DNA from: Ginglymostoma cirratum
Lineage: Eukaryota
Length of the DNA: 63,040 nt
Reading direction: 5' to 3'
Assembly (NCBI GenBank): GCA_024137785.1
Contig: JAHRHZ010000263.1
Location: 29,521,648-29,584,687 of the forward strand
The notes under the pieces were generated by a model. That model was given only the letters and a program-made list of their open reading frames with translations, made no database searches and was not told the DNA's origin. Below, one piece after another: positions 26,290-38,859 of the stretch. A program made the position numbers and the translations under genes. Every line of letters starts with the position of its first letter. Within the stretch, counting starts at the first letter, position 1.

Positions 26290-28590
26290 CCATATTTTAG
26301 ATTCATGAGGTGCTGTTGACCATCAGTAGCAGCAGAATCGTATTCCAATACAACCTGCAATCTCATGACCAGGCATATCCTTCGACTGCACTGTTACCAG
26401 GGGATCAAGCCAAGAGATCAATCTGATTCAATGAAGAATGCAGGAGAGCATCCCAGGAGCAGCAGCAGGCATACCTAAAAGCAGGCACTCTACAAACAGG
26501 ATTACCCGCGTGCCAAACATTAGAAGCAGCAAGTGATAGACAGAGCTAAGCTCTGCAGTCCTGCCACATCAAGATATGAAGAGTGGTGGACAGTTACACA
26601 ATTTGCTGAAGGAGGAAGCTCCACAAATATCCCCATCCACAGTGAATACCCCAGCTCATCAATGCAAAAAATAAGGTTGAAGCATTCACAAAAAGCTTCA
26701 GCCAGAAGTGCCGAGTAATGATCCGTCTTGGCCTTTTCCAGAGGTTCCCAGCATCATAAATGCTGGTCTGCAGTCGATACAATTCACTCCATGTGATATC
26801 AAGAAATGGTTGGAGACACTGAATACTGCAAAGGCCCTGACAACATTCCAGAAATAGTTCTCAAGACTTTTATGCTCCAGAAACTGCCCCTTCCCTAGCC
26901 AAGCTGTTCCAGTACAGCTGCAATTTTGACATTTATCTGACAATGTGGAAAATTGCCCAGGTATGTCCAGTGTACACCAAAGCAGGAATGATCTATTCCA
27001 GCCAATTATTGCTTCGTCAGTCTACTCTTGATATTCAGTAAAGTGATTGGAAGGTGTCATCAACAGTGCTTTCAGGTAGCACCTGCTCAGTGACGCCCAA
27101 TTTGACTTCCGCCAGAGCACCCTGGCTCCTGACCTCATTCCAGCCTTGGTTCAAACATGGACAAAAGAGCTGAATTCCAGGGGTGATGTGAGAGTGACAG
27201 CCCTTGACATCAAGGACTCATTTTGCCAAATGTAGCATCAAGGAACCCTAGCAAAAGTGTAATGCATGGGAATCGGGGAGAATCCACTCTACTGGTTGTA
27301 GTCATGCCTGGTACACAGGAAGATAGTTGTGGTTGTTGGAGGTCAGTCATCTCAGCTCCAGAACATCTCTGCAGGAGTTCTTCATGGTGGTGTCCTAGGT
27401 TAAACCATCTTCAGTTGCTTCGTCAATGACTTTCCCTCCATCATAAGGTCAAAGGTGGGGATGTTCACTGACGATTGCAAAATGTTCATTATTCACAACT
27501 CCTCAGAAACTGAAGCAATCATGCCCAAATGCAGAAAGACTTGGACAATATCGTTTGCACCACACAAATGACAGGCAATAATCATCTCTAATAAAAGATA
27601 ATCTAACCAATGCCCTTTGATATTCAATAATGTTATCATTACTGAATCCGTCAATTATCAATGTCCTGGGGATTACTATTGACAGAAACAACTGGACTTG
27701 CCATATAAACACAGTGGCTATAACAGCAGGTCAGAGGCTGGGAATATTGCAGTGAGTATTGTCCCTCCTAACTCCCCAGTGCGTGTCCACTATCTACAAG
27801 GTACAAGTTAGGAGTGTGTTGGAATACTTCTCACCTTTCTGGATAAGTGCAACTCTGACAACACTCGAAGCTTGAGACTGTCCAGGAGAAATCAGTGCAC
27901 CTGATTGGCATCACACCCACAAATATCCACACCGTCTACCATTAATGATTAGTAGCAGCTGTGTACACTACCTACAAGATACACTGCAGAAATTCATGAA
28001 AGATCCTTAGACAGCACCTTCCAAACTCATAACTGCTTTTATCTTTTTATTCATTCATGGCATGCGGGCGTCACTGGCCAGGCAGCATTTGTTGCCTATC
28101 CCTAATTGCCTAGAGGGCAGTTAAGAGTCAACTATATTGCTGTGGGTCTGGAGTCACATGTAGGCCAGACTGGGTATGGATGGCAGTTTCCTTCCCTAAA
28201 GGACATTAGTGAACTAGAAGTGTTCTTCCTGACAATCCACAATGGATTCAAATTCCACCAACTGCTGTGGCTGGATTCAAACCCAGGTCCCCAGAACATT
28301 ACCTGGGTCTCTGGACTAACAGTCCAGCGATAATACCACTAGGCCATCGCCTCCCACTGGAAGCACATGAGCAGCAGATATATGGGAATAACAGCACTTG
28401 CAAGTTTCCATCCAACATATCACTTTTCCTTCAGTGTCATTTATCAAAATCCTAGGATTCCCTCTCTACAGCATGTGGACAGCCAAGGTGTAGGAAGGCA
28501 GTTCAGCACCATCTTCTGAAGAGCAACCAGGGACCAGCAATAATATGCTGATCCAGCCAGCAATACCCATGTCCCACGAGTGAATAAAAA
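26290..28590 (+). mobile_element. Degenerate CR1/L2-group LINE (RT region to 3' tail) with a nested insert at about 28045-28355
   Basis: RT motif remnants (gccaattattgcttcgtcagtctactc; gcccttgacatcaag, ALDIK; gggatgttcactgacgattgc, MFTDDC) and an A-rich tail at about 28582-28592. Confidence 0.75.
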
Positions 28591-29504
28591 AATGTCCAAA
28601 CTGTTGGGTCTTTCTTGAATATGAATACTGTCAGTGTTCAAAGGGGAAACAACATTTATGAAGAAACTTTGTACTTTTTTGATTGAATGGGACTTGTGTG
28701 TTCCCTTAAGCAATACCTAGTTCGTGGAGATAACCACATTGTAATATTTAATTCTCATTAGTCTTCAGCTGATCATCCTGATGATGAATAACTGTTCCCT
28801 TTGCTCATTAAAATTACTGAATAGGGTATTCAGTATCAGGTACTCCTTCCTCCTGCAAAGAAGTCAGACTTTGTTCTGCTCGTGAACCATTGGTGGAAAT
28901 TCAATGCAGCGAATATTGAGACCTTGGTTTAAATGAGCGATTTTAATGGAACATTGTTGCTCCGTTATTGAATTCCAAGATTCAATTAAGTGATAGAATC
29001 TGCAGTATTGGATGTGGGCCTTTTTATGATCTGCATGGAATTATATTGCAGGTACTTGACAAATAATGAATTTCATCCTGCATTTACTGTCCAAAGTATT
29101 AGCTGACTATATGCTTGGTTCGGTCATTATATTGTTCTACATACTAATTTAGCGTAGTATAATATACCCCTTCACTAAGCTGTTCTTGCTATAAATAAAT
29201 CTTATCTGGCACCTGGGTGGATATACAGTAAGTAGCAAAGATGTCAAATAACATTTTTCATCCTGAGAAGAGAGTCTCATAGAATCATTACATGAGACAT
29301 AATTAATATAAGGATATCTCACAGTCTCTCTCTCTCTCTCTCATGTTTGTAATTAATATAACACTAGAGTATTATATAAAAATGAGGCCGTGGTGTAAGA
29401 CATTAAAATGGATATGAATTATTCCCATATGCCCTGACCCAGTTTATCCCCTTCTTAACTTCATCAGAAAAGACTGCAGTCTTATTTCCCTACTTGATAC
29501 ATAA

Positions 29505-30650
29505 ACAAAGGAATGAGGAACAAAAGTAGGCCATTTGGTCCTTTGAGCCTATTCTGCTATTAAGTATTATCATGGCTGATCGTCCAACTGAGTAACCATG
29601 TTCCCACTTTTGCCCCATACCCTTTGATCCCTTTAGCCCTAAGAAACAGCTTTCCAGTGGCATTTCAATCGAATCACCACTCTCTTTTGGGGGAGAAATT
29701 TCTCCTCCTGTCAGACATAATGGGCCTACCCCATTATCCTTAGACTGTGACCCCAGTTCTGGACTCCCGCTCATTAGGAACATCCTTCCTGTGTTTACCT
29801 TGTCTAGTCCTTATAGAATTTTTGTAGATTTCTCTGAGACTCTTTCCCTTCACCCCACCCACCCCCCCAATCTTCTAAACTCCAGAGAATATTGGACCAT
29901 AAGACCATAAAATTTTGGATCAGAATTAGCCCATTCAGCCCATCGATTCTACTCTGCCATTCGATAATGACTGATATGTTTCTCAAACTCCATTCTCCTG
30001 TCTGCTCCCTGTAATTCTTGATCCCTTTACCATTCAAGAATCTATCTGTCACTGTCTTCAATATATTCAATGACTAGTCACCACAGAAGGCTGTGGAGCC
30101 AAGATTCACCAACCTCTGGCTGAAGAAATTCCTCCTCATCTCAGTTCTGAAATGCCAACCCTGAGGCAGTGCCCTCTTGTTCTAGTCTCTCCTACTAGCG
30201 GGAACATCTTCTCCGCGTCCACTCGATTCACACCTTCCAGTATTCTGTAAGTTTCAATCAGATCTCTCCTCATCCTTCTAAATTCCATCGAGAACAGATC
30301 CATAGTCCTTAACCACTCCTCATATGATGAGCCCTTCATTTCCGGGATGATTCTTGTGAACCTCCTCTGGACCCTCCAAGGCTTGCACGTCATTCTTTTG
30401 ATACAGGCCCCAAAACTGCTCTCAATATTCCAAATGCAGTCTGACCAGAGCCTTATACTGCCTCAGCTATACGTCCCTGTTCTAGTATTCTATGTCTCTC
30501 ATAATAAATGCTAATATTGCATTTGCCTTCCTAACTGCTAACTGAACCTGCATGTTAACCTAAACAGAATCCTGAATGACAAGCTTTGGAAGTCTGAAGC
30601 ATAAAAATTTTATTCTGTTTAGAAAATAGCCTATGCCTCTATTCCCGTAA
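29505..30650 (-). mobile_element. Stacked CR1-like LINE 3' fragments
   Basis: ORF 30136-30393 reads RVQRRFTRIIPEMKGSSYEEWL...RRDLIETYRIL...TRTRGH, the CR1 ORF2 C-terminus. Confidence 0.8.
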
Positions 30651-31419
30651 ATTTCTTTCCTCATACTGAAATTGGACAAGAATGACTTTCTTTGTAGATG
30701 TTGGTTTGAGATGCCTGTGAAGTGTATGGATTTTGTTTTTTTGCTGTTTGTTGTACAATCTTTTTCTAGACTAATATAAAGAATTTCGAGGCAGACATAG
30801 AGGTTGACAAAACTTTAATGGAGTCAACTTCTTACTGCAGCTACACGAACTTTTTCACTGCACTTTAAAGAACTAAGATGGATGCTCCATTATGTGATAT
30901 TGTCTTAACCAGTCCAGTCTCTCTTCTTATGTTAGCCCTGCCATCTCAGAAAAAAGCCTGATTAACTTTCCTGCATGCCCTTCACAGCCAGAACATTCCT
31001 CATCATCAGATAAGGAGATCAAAGTGCATACAGTCTACCCTCACGTGTGGTGTCACATTAATAAGAATGTATGAAATTTAAGCTATACAGGTAAATGGTC
31101 TTTGAGGCTGCTCTACCATCTAGTACCATCATGGGTTATCTTCCAATTCAATGGCATAGGAGATTAATGAATAATATTAACGATTTATACCAATTTTTAA
31201 AATTTCAGATTCCTGTCTTTGCATTTATAATGAAAACACTGATGTAAAGTTGTTCTGTAATTACATCGTCTTCTCAGTTGAGATGCTCTAACGCCACTTC
31301 TCCTGAAGATTACACTTGGGTTAACCTTCCCTTGTGTAATACAATGGAATAATAAATGTTACAGCTTTAAGAAACTAAAATGGCATTATGGTCAATATTA
31401 TATGTTGTTTCTATTGCAG

Positions 31420-31517
31420 AAAGACTTACTGAAGAATCTTCTCAGTTGGCCATGTATCAGAAAAAAATGGTGGAACACAATACAGTGCTTAAAAATCTCA
31501 GCCAGAATTTCAATCAG
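31420..31517 (+). CDS. Putative novel microprotein gene, exon 2 (98 nt): (E)RLTEESSQLAMYQKKMVEHNTVLKNLSQNFNQ
   Basis: tgttgtttctattgcag| acceptor and CAG|gtaacc donor. Open in the phase 1 to 0 frame required by exons 1 and 3, and located in non-repetitive sequence. Confidence 0.65.
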
Positions 31518-32159
31518 GTAACCCAAAACTGCAAATAGGAAGGCTACCCAAACCACACTATTTGAGGAACAAAGTGTTAGCCACAAGTTATACTGATCTA
31601 CTGCAGACCCTCTTTGCTCACACATTATTACCTCAACAACTTGCCTTGTACAACTAATGGGCATAATGCATGAGTATTATGCTTCTATTCCTGACCACAG
31701 ACATTTTGGAGGTATTTATAAAATAAGCTATAAATCTAGCTCAGCTATCAAGTTTCAACACACTATTTCAAACACTTTGGGAATTTATTTTTGAATGCTC
31801 ACATTGCTGACAGATAAAACTAGTACTTTGAACAGACGTGTATATTTCTGTCTGTCTTATTGGTCACCAATTTTTACTACTAGTGTGACTGACCTGACCT
31901 TTGTTATTCCTCAGCTGGATCTAAGGGGATCTCAGTTGGACGACTTCTCTATTTAAATACTTGTGCTGTGATACTATCTGTACTTAATATGACAACTCTT
32001 CCCCTCCTTTTCTTCCCTATTCCACATGAAATTTTTATATCTAAAAGCATTTATCAACTTTGAACCTGCTCGAGACGAGATACTTGCTATTTTATGATTT
32101 TCTAATTTTCTAATCCAGTAACTTACTCTTTTTCACCTGATAATTAACTTTTTCGTATG

Positions 32160-34650
32160 CATTTTATTAAGTAGGGTAAGGACGACTTGGCTGACTGGAC
32201 AGCATTTACTACCCATTCCCCATTTTTGACCTTTAGAAGATGATAGTAAGCTGCCATTTTGAACCACTGCAGTCCATTTAGTGTTGGTACACCTACATTG
32301 CTGTAAGGGAGGGAGTTCCATAATTTTAACCCAGCGTCACTGAAGTTGGGATGGTGAATTGCTTGGAGGTGGTCTTACAGGTGATGGTGTTCCCATGTAT
32401 CTGCTGCCCTCGAGGTGGTAGTAGTGGTTGTGGGTTTGGAAAATGTAGTGCGAAGTGCCTTGGTGAATTCTTGCAGTGCATCTTGTAAATGGTATGCACT
32501 AATATACATTGTGTCACTGGAGACAATGTTTGCAGAGTCAGCAGGTGAATTACTCACAACAGGATTCCCAACCTCTGACCTGCTCTGTAGTCAAAGTATT
32601 TATGTGGCTGATCCAGTTCAGTTCCTGGTCAGTGGTAACCCTCAGGATGTTAGTGAGGGAGTTTGTGATGTTAATGCCCGTTGAAGGTCAGGGGGTAACT
32701 GTTAGATTGCCTAACAGTTGGAGATCGCCATTGCCTGGCACTTGTGTGGTGCAAATGTTACTTTCCACCTGTCTGCACCAAGCCTGGACATCATCCAGGT
32801 CTTGTTGCTTTAGGACATGGGCTGCTTCAGTATGTAAGGAATTGTGAACGGTGTCGAACATTGTACGATCATCCGCGAACATCCCCACTTCTGACCTTAT
32901 GACAGAGGGAAGGTTGCTGATGAAGCAGCTGAAGACGTTTCGACCTAGGACACTGAGGGACTCCTGCAGAGATATCCCGAAGCTGAGACAAGTGACCCCT
33001 GACAATCACAACCACCTTCCTATGTGCCAACCAGTGGAGAGTTTTACCACCAATTCCTCATGATTCTAGTTTTGCTAGGTTTTCTCAATGACAAACTTAA
33101 TCAATTGTGGCCGTAATGTATGGTATGGTACCTGCTGTCTCGTCCCCTCTAGAGTTCAGCTCTTTTGTTCATGTTTGAACCAAAACTATAGTTGTGTTTA
33201 AAATAAGTAGCCCTGGGATGGGTATTAATAGTAGGTTGTTGCTGAGCAAGTGCTGCTTGGTAATACAATTGATGACGTCCATCATATGTTACTGAATATT
33301 AGGAGTAAATTAACCAAGCTGTATCTGGCTGGGTTGGAACTATCCTTTTTTTCATGTACTGGTCATACTTGGGCAATTTTGCCAAATAGGTGTGAGTGTT
33401 GTAGCTGTGCTGTAATAGCTTGGGGGTGGTGGTGCATAGCAAGTTCTGGAACATGTCTATTATTTTGACCCAGCAACAGTGAAGGAATGGTGATATATTT
33501 CCAAGTCAGGATGGTGAGGAGCTTGGAGGGGAACTTTCAGGTGGTGGTGTTCCTTTTGTATCTGCTGCCCTTGTCCTTCTACATCAAAGTGATTGTGGGA
33601 CCTCTGGAAGAGGCTGAGATGGATCATCCCAGACAGTTCTGGCTGAAGATTGGTGCAACTGCTCCAGTCTTATCTACCACTTACGTGCTGATCTCCCCCA
33701 TCAGTAAGGATGGAGATATTTGTGGAGCCCTCTCCTCTAATGAGTTGTTTAATTGACTATAATGGTTCAAAATTGAATATGGTAGAAATGCAGAGCTTAG
33801 ATCTGATCTGTTCATTTTGGAATCATTTAGTTCTGACTATCACTTGTGCTTATGCTGTTTGGCATGCAGGTAGCCCTGTTTTGCAGCTTCACCAGGTTGA
33901 TGCCTCATCTTTGCATATGCCTGGTTTTATTCCTGAAATGCCCTCCGCAACTCTCTGAACCAGGGTTGATCTCCTGTTTTAATAATCAGGCTAAAATGGG
34001 TGACATGCTGGACCTTGGGTACATTGTGTTGGAGTAAAATTCTGCTTCTACTGATGGCCAACATTGTCTCATTTAAAGCTCAGTCCTGAGATGCTAGGTC
34101 ATTTCAAAATCTGTCCCATTCTGCAGAGTAGTAGTTCCACAGGACATGATGCCAAGTATCCTTGATATGAAGACTGGATTTCAATTCTACAAGGACTGTG
34201 CAGTGACCTCTCTCTGACCAATACTGTCATAGATAGATACCTCTGCAACAGGCAGAGTGGTGAGGATGTTTCTGCACTACCTGATGTAGACCTAATCGAG
34301 CTGCTATATGCTTTAAGATTCAACCAGCTCAATCAGCATTAGTCAGCCAGTCTTGGTGATGGATATTGAAGTCGCCAATCCAAAGTACAAATTTGTGTCT
34401 TTACCACCCACTGTGCTTCTTCCAAATGGTGTTCAACATGGATAAGTACTGCTTCATCAGCCAAGGGCTGGTGGTAAATGGTAATCAGCAGGAGGTTTTC
34501 TCTTCTAGGTTTTGAACTGATGCCATGAGACATCATAGGATCCAGAGTCAATGTTGAGGAATGCAAGACAACTTCCTCCTGACAGTACACTACTGTGCCA
34601 CGTCTGGGTCTATCGTGTTGGTGACGATGCCTAGGACATGGTCTGTTATG
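32160..34650 (-). mobile_element. Degenerate CR1/L2-group LINE (same family as 26290-28590)
   Basis: ORF 32688-33005 contains FSCFISNLPSVIRSEVGMFADD...LQQDLDDVQAWC-like RT sequence. Endonuclease-like remnant NLLLITIYHQP lies in ORF 34339-34731. Confidence 0.75.
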
Positions 34651-36547
34651 GAGATAGTAGGAACTGTAGATGCTGGAGAATCTGAGATAACAAGGTGTAG
34701 AGCTGGATGAACACAGCAGGCCAAGCAGCATCAGAGGAGCAGGAAGGCTGATGTTTCGGGCCTAGACCCTTCTTCAGAAATGGGGGAGGGGGAGGGGGTT
34801 CTGAAATAAATAGGGAGAGAGGGGGAGGCGGATAGAAGATGGATAGAGGAGAAGATAGGTGGAGAGGAGACAGACAGGTCAAAGAGGCAGGGATGGAGCC
34901 AGTAAAGGTGACTGTAGGTGGGGAGTTGGGGAGGAGCTACGTCAGTCCAGGGAGGACAGACAGATCTAGGGGGTGGGATGAAGTTACTGGTAGGAGATGG
35001 ATGTGGGGCTTGAGGTGGGACGAGGGGATAGGTGGGAGGAAGGACAGGTTAGGGAGGCGGGGACGAGCTAGGCTGGTTTTGGGATGCGGTAGGGGGAGGG
35101 GAGATTTTGAAGCTTGTGAAGTCCACATTGATACCATTGGGCCGCAGGGTTCCCGACGAGGAGCTCGAACAGTTCATTCACTTCACCAATACCTTCCTCC
35201 CCAACCCTAAGTTCACCTGGACCATCTCTAATACCTCTCTCTCCTTCCTGGACCTCTCTGTCTCCATCTCTGGCAACCACCCAGAAACCGATATCCATTT
35301 CAAGCCCACCAACTCCCACGGCTACCTGGAATACACCTCCTCCCACCCACCTTCCTGCAAAAATGCCATCCCCATTCCCAATTCCTTCGCCTCCGCCGCC
35401 TCTGCTCCCAGGATGAGGCATTCCACTCCCGTACATCTCAGATGTCCTCATTGTTCAAGGACCGCAACTTCCCCCCATCAGTGGTCGAAAACGCCCTTGA
35501 CCGTGTCTCCTGCATTTCCCGCAACTCATCCCTCACACCCCCTCCCCGCAATAACAACCAAAAAAGAATCCCCCTCATCCTCACGTACCACCCCACCACC
35601 CTCCGGATCCGATGCATCATCCTCCGACACTTCCGCCATCTGCAATCCGACCCCACCACCAAAGACATTTTTCCCTCCTCACCCTTATCTGCTTTCCAGA
35701 GGGACCACTCTCTCCGTGACTCCCTTGTCCGCTCCACACTCCCCTCCAGCCCCACCACACCCGGCACTTTTCCTTGCAATTGAAGGAAGTGCTACACCTG
35801 CCCCTACACCTCACCCCCATCCCTGGCCCCAAGAAGACTTTCCAAATAACATCTGCTAATGTGTTATACTGCATCTGTTGTTCCCGTTGTGGCCTCTTCT
35901 ACACCGGGGAAACCAAGCGGAAGCCTGGGGACTGCTTTGCAGAACACCTACGCTCGGTTCGCACTAAACAACTGCACCTCCCAGTCGCGAACCATTTCAA
36001 CTCCCCCTCCCATTCCTCAGACGACATGTCCTTCCTGGGCCTCCTGCAGTGCCACAACGATGCCACCCGAAGGTTGCAGGAACAGCAACTCATATTCTGC
36101 TTGGGAACCCTGCAGCCCAATGGTATCAATGTGGACTTCACAAGCTTCAAAATCCCCCCTCCCCCTACCACATCCCAAAACCAGCCCAGCTCATTCCCAC
36201 CTCCCTAACCTGTCCTTCCTCCTATCTCATGCCCCACTCCCATCTCCTACCTACTAACCTCCTCCCACCCCCTTGACCTGTCCATCCTCCCTGGACTGAC
36301 CTATCTAACTCCCCACCTACACTCACCTTTATTGGCTCCATCCCTGCCTCTTTGACCTGTCTGTCTCCTCTCTACCTATCTTCTCCTCTATCTATCTTTT
36401 ATCTGCGTCCCTCTCTCTCCCTATTTATTTCAGAACCCCATCCTCCTCCCCCATTTCTGAGGAAGGGTCTAGGCCCGAAACATCAGCCTTCCTGCTCCTC
36501 TGCTGCTTGGCCTGCTGTGTTCATCCAGCTCTACACCTTGTTATCTC
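34651..36547 (+). mobile_element. Penelope-like retroelement (Neptune-like): inverted 5' arm, RT thumb, GIY-YIG and pseudo-LTR, with TSD
   Basis: EELEQFIHFTNTF..FTWTISNTSLSFLDL..KPTNSHGYLEYTSSHP (PLE RT C-terminus), PGTFPCN linker, and CSRCGLFYTGETKR..FAEH..VANHFNS..EQQLIFCLGTLQPNGIN (GIY-YIG). Frameshifted. Flanked by catggtctgttatg (34637-34650) and catggcctgttatg (36547-36560). Confidence 0.9.
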
Positions 36548-37619
36548 ATGGCCTGTTATGATTGTCAGGCTGTTGCAGTTTCTGGTGCCCTTGATCAGTG
36601 TCCAGTTGTGTATCCAATTTTCTGTCTTTCTTTATACAACCAGTTAAGAGTCAACCACATTGCTTACGGTTTGATGCATTTAAACCAAAGCAGGTAAGAT
36701 CAGCAAATTTTCTTCCCTCAGAGGCATTAGTAAATCAAATGGGTTTTTACAACAATCCACAATGGTTCCATTGACATCCTACGACTTTTAATTCCAGATT
36801 GTGAATTAAAACAAGCATTCAACCTTCTGCTATGGGTGGGATTCGAACACCGGAGATCACCTGCATCTCTGGTGACAATCCCACTATTCCATCACCTTTT
36901 ATAATTCCGTATTAAATACTACAGGGATTGTCGATAACTTTATACAACATACTGCTTTGATCACAGTTTATTGATGGTCCTATCCACTGCGTCTTTGAGC
37001 GTAGCAATTCAACTTGACCAACTTTTTTGATGTTTGCTCAGATGAAAAAAAGTGGCTTATAAATTTTTCACGAGACTGATATATTTCAAAAAAGCTGTCG
37101 GTGTGAGCTTGTTATTTTTTTGTATATTAAAACTTGAAATAGACTTTTATAAATGGGAATACATTTGTTCACCTATACAATTACTTCACTTCACTTCAGT
37201 AATCTTGCTCGTTTTTGTAAAAGACTCACATTCTAATTTAGCTTCTATATTATTATTTTTTCCCATTCTGGACATTAAACACAGCCTAATATTTAATATG
37301 CCTCCCTGATTATTTCATTACTCAAGATTAGATCTAGCAAAAACATTACTTCTGCCACCATTTCATCATATTGCTTCAGGAAGAATTGTACACCTTTTAG
37401 GAATTCCATTCCTTTTCTTAGTTTACTCCTTAATCATGAGAACGATACCTTATGTTCATTATTCCTACCCCTTCCTGAATTGTCAAACTTCTTCCCCTCT
37501 GGAATAGGCACAATGGACCGTGTGATCCCGGTCAGTGTTGTATCTGTGAATCAATTTCCTTTCTGCAGTCAGGTGAGGTGGGGGGGTCTGTACTACAGCC
37601 TTAAGGATTACTCAATTGT

Positions 37620-37862
37620 GTTGGCACTATTGCCAGAGCTAGAAAGTTGTGAATTCAAGCTCCACTTTGAGGAATTATGTGCAAAAATCCACGCTGATAG
37701 TCTAGTGTGGTACTATGGAGGACAAGAATGTTCCAGGTGCCAACTATTTAATTAAGACTCCAACTACCCTCTCACAGATGTAATAGATTCAAAAACAATT
37801 GCAAAGAGCAGCAGGAATGTCTACCATTGTGTTAGCTTATTTTTGCCTCTCAATCAACATCT
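37620..37862 (+). mobile_element. Ancient DeuSINE-like (SacSINE1/AmnSINE1-type) SINE remnant
   Basis: Diverged match to the recalled Deu-domain order: aaatccacgctga..gtggtact..ggag..ggtgcc..ccctctca..gatgtaa..gat..aagagcag..tttgcctctcaatcaacatc. Confidence 0.55.
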
Positions 37863-38348
37863 CTCTTGGCCTTTTTTGTAGTTGATGCTACTTGATCACT
37901 TTTCAGCATCCAGCATCCTATTTAGATTTGGTGGATGCTTTTAAAGCTGGAGGTCCTTTCCGCCATTTAATCCTTCCCATTTATCCAGGCTGGGGACCAG
38001 CACTAATGCATGCTGGCTTGTCTGTGCCAGTGGCTGGGTTCTTCATTGCCAACAAGTGACAATTGAGCCCAGACTTCCACTGCATTGGTACATATGTATG
38101 GTGAAGTATTGCAATGGTTTGCCACAGTTTTCTGTGGCATAGCTGATCAAGAGACTTGAACCTGAAGCTTCTGGCTCAGAGATTGCGATGCTACCATAGT
38201 ATCAGATGATCTTGGCTCTCCATCTGAAAAGCTGAAAAACATTAATGTAATATGGAATATCTTACTCTGTGCATCTTTACATGAATATGATCTTGTACAT
38301 GCAGTGCAGCTTAACAACTAAAGCAAACTAAGCTTTTATCTCTTTTAG

Positions 38349-38411
38349 GTACAGTTGAGACTGGAACGAGTAGCAGCTGTGAAGCCTGGTATCACAGGAC
38401 TGAACCAGTAG
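38349..38411 (+). CDS. Putative novel microprotein gene, terminal exon 3 CDS (63 nt): VQLRLERVAAVKPGITGLNQ*
   Basis: Branch-like ctaag plus a cttttatctcttttag| acceptor, phase 0. TAG at 38409-38411, with AATAAA about 160 nt downstream. Confidence 0.6.
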   Translation, partial: VQLRLERVAAVKPGITGLNQ

Positions 38412-38572
38412 TTTGTGGGGGAAAAACATGCCTGTAATGCAATGAAAGCCAATATTTCCAACCTATTCAAGATTGTAGTATTAACTTGAGCTTTCATGAT
38501 AATAGTTATGTTTGCTCAATGAGTGAATTTTCCTCCCAATTTGTGTAACTCAATTGTTTGTTTTCTCCATGA

Positions 38573-38578
38573 AATAAA
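38573..38578 (+). terminator. Polyadenylation signal AATAAA of the putative novel gene
   Basis: Canonical hexamer after an AT-rich 3' UTR-like stretch, followed by T/GT-rich sequence (tgtatttttcacatttgtatattt). Confidence 0.55.
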
Positions 38579-38859
38579 GACTTGAATGTATTTACACTGA
38601 TTTAAATGTATTTTTCACATTTGTATATTTAAGGCAACTTCAGCATATACACATTTCATAAATATTCCAATACTTTCATGGGATGTAGATGTCACTAGCA
38701 AGGATAGCGTTTGTGCCTATCCTTTTGGACATGTGGGAGAGGTAAAAAAGGGAAGAAATATTAATGGTTACCACTTGAAGCAAGATAAAAGTACAGATTG
38801 GCTAATCCAATATGTTGTATGCAACTGAGGTATGTTGAATATTCTCTTCACCTGATCCC

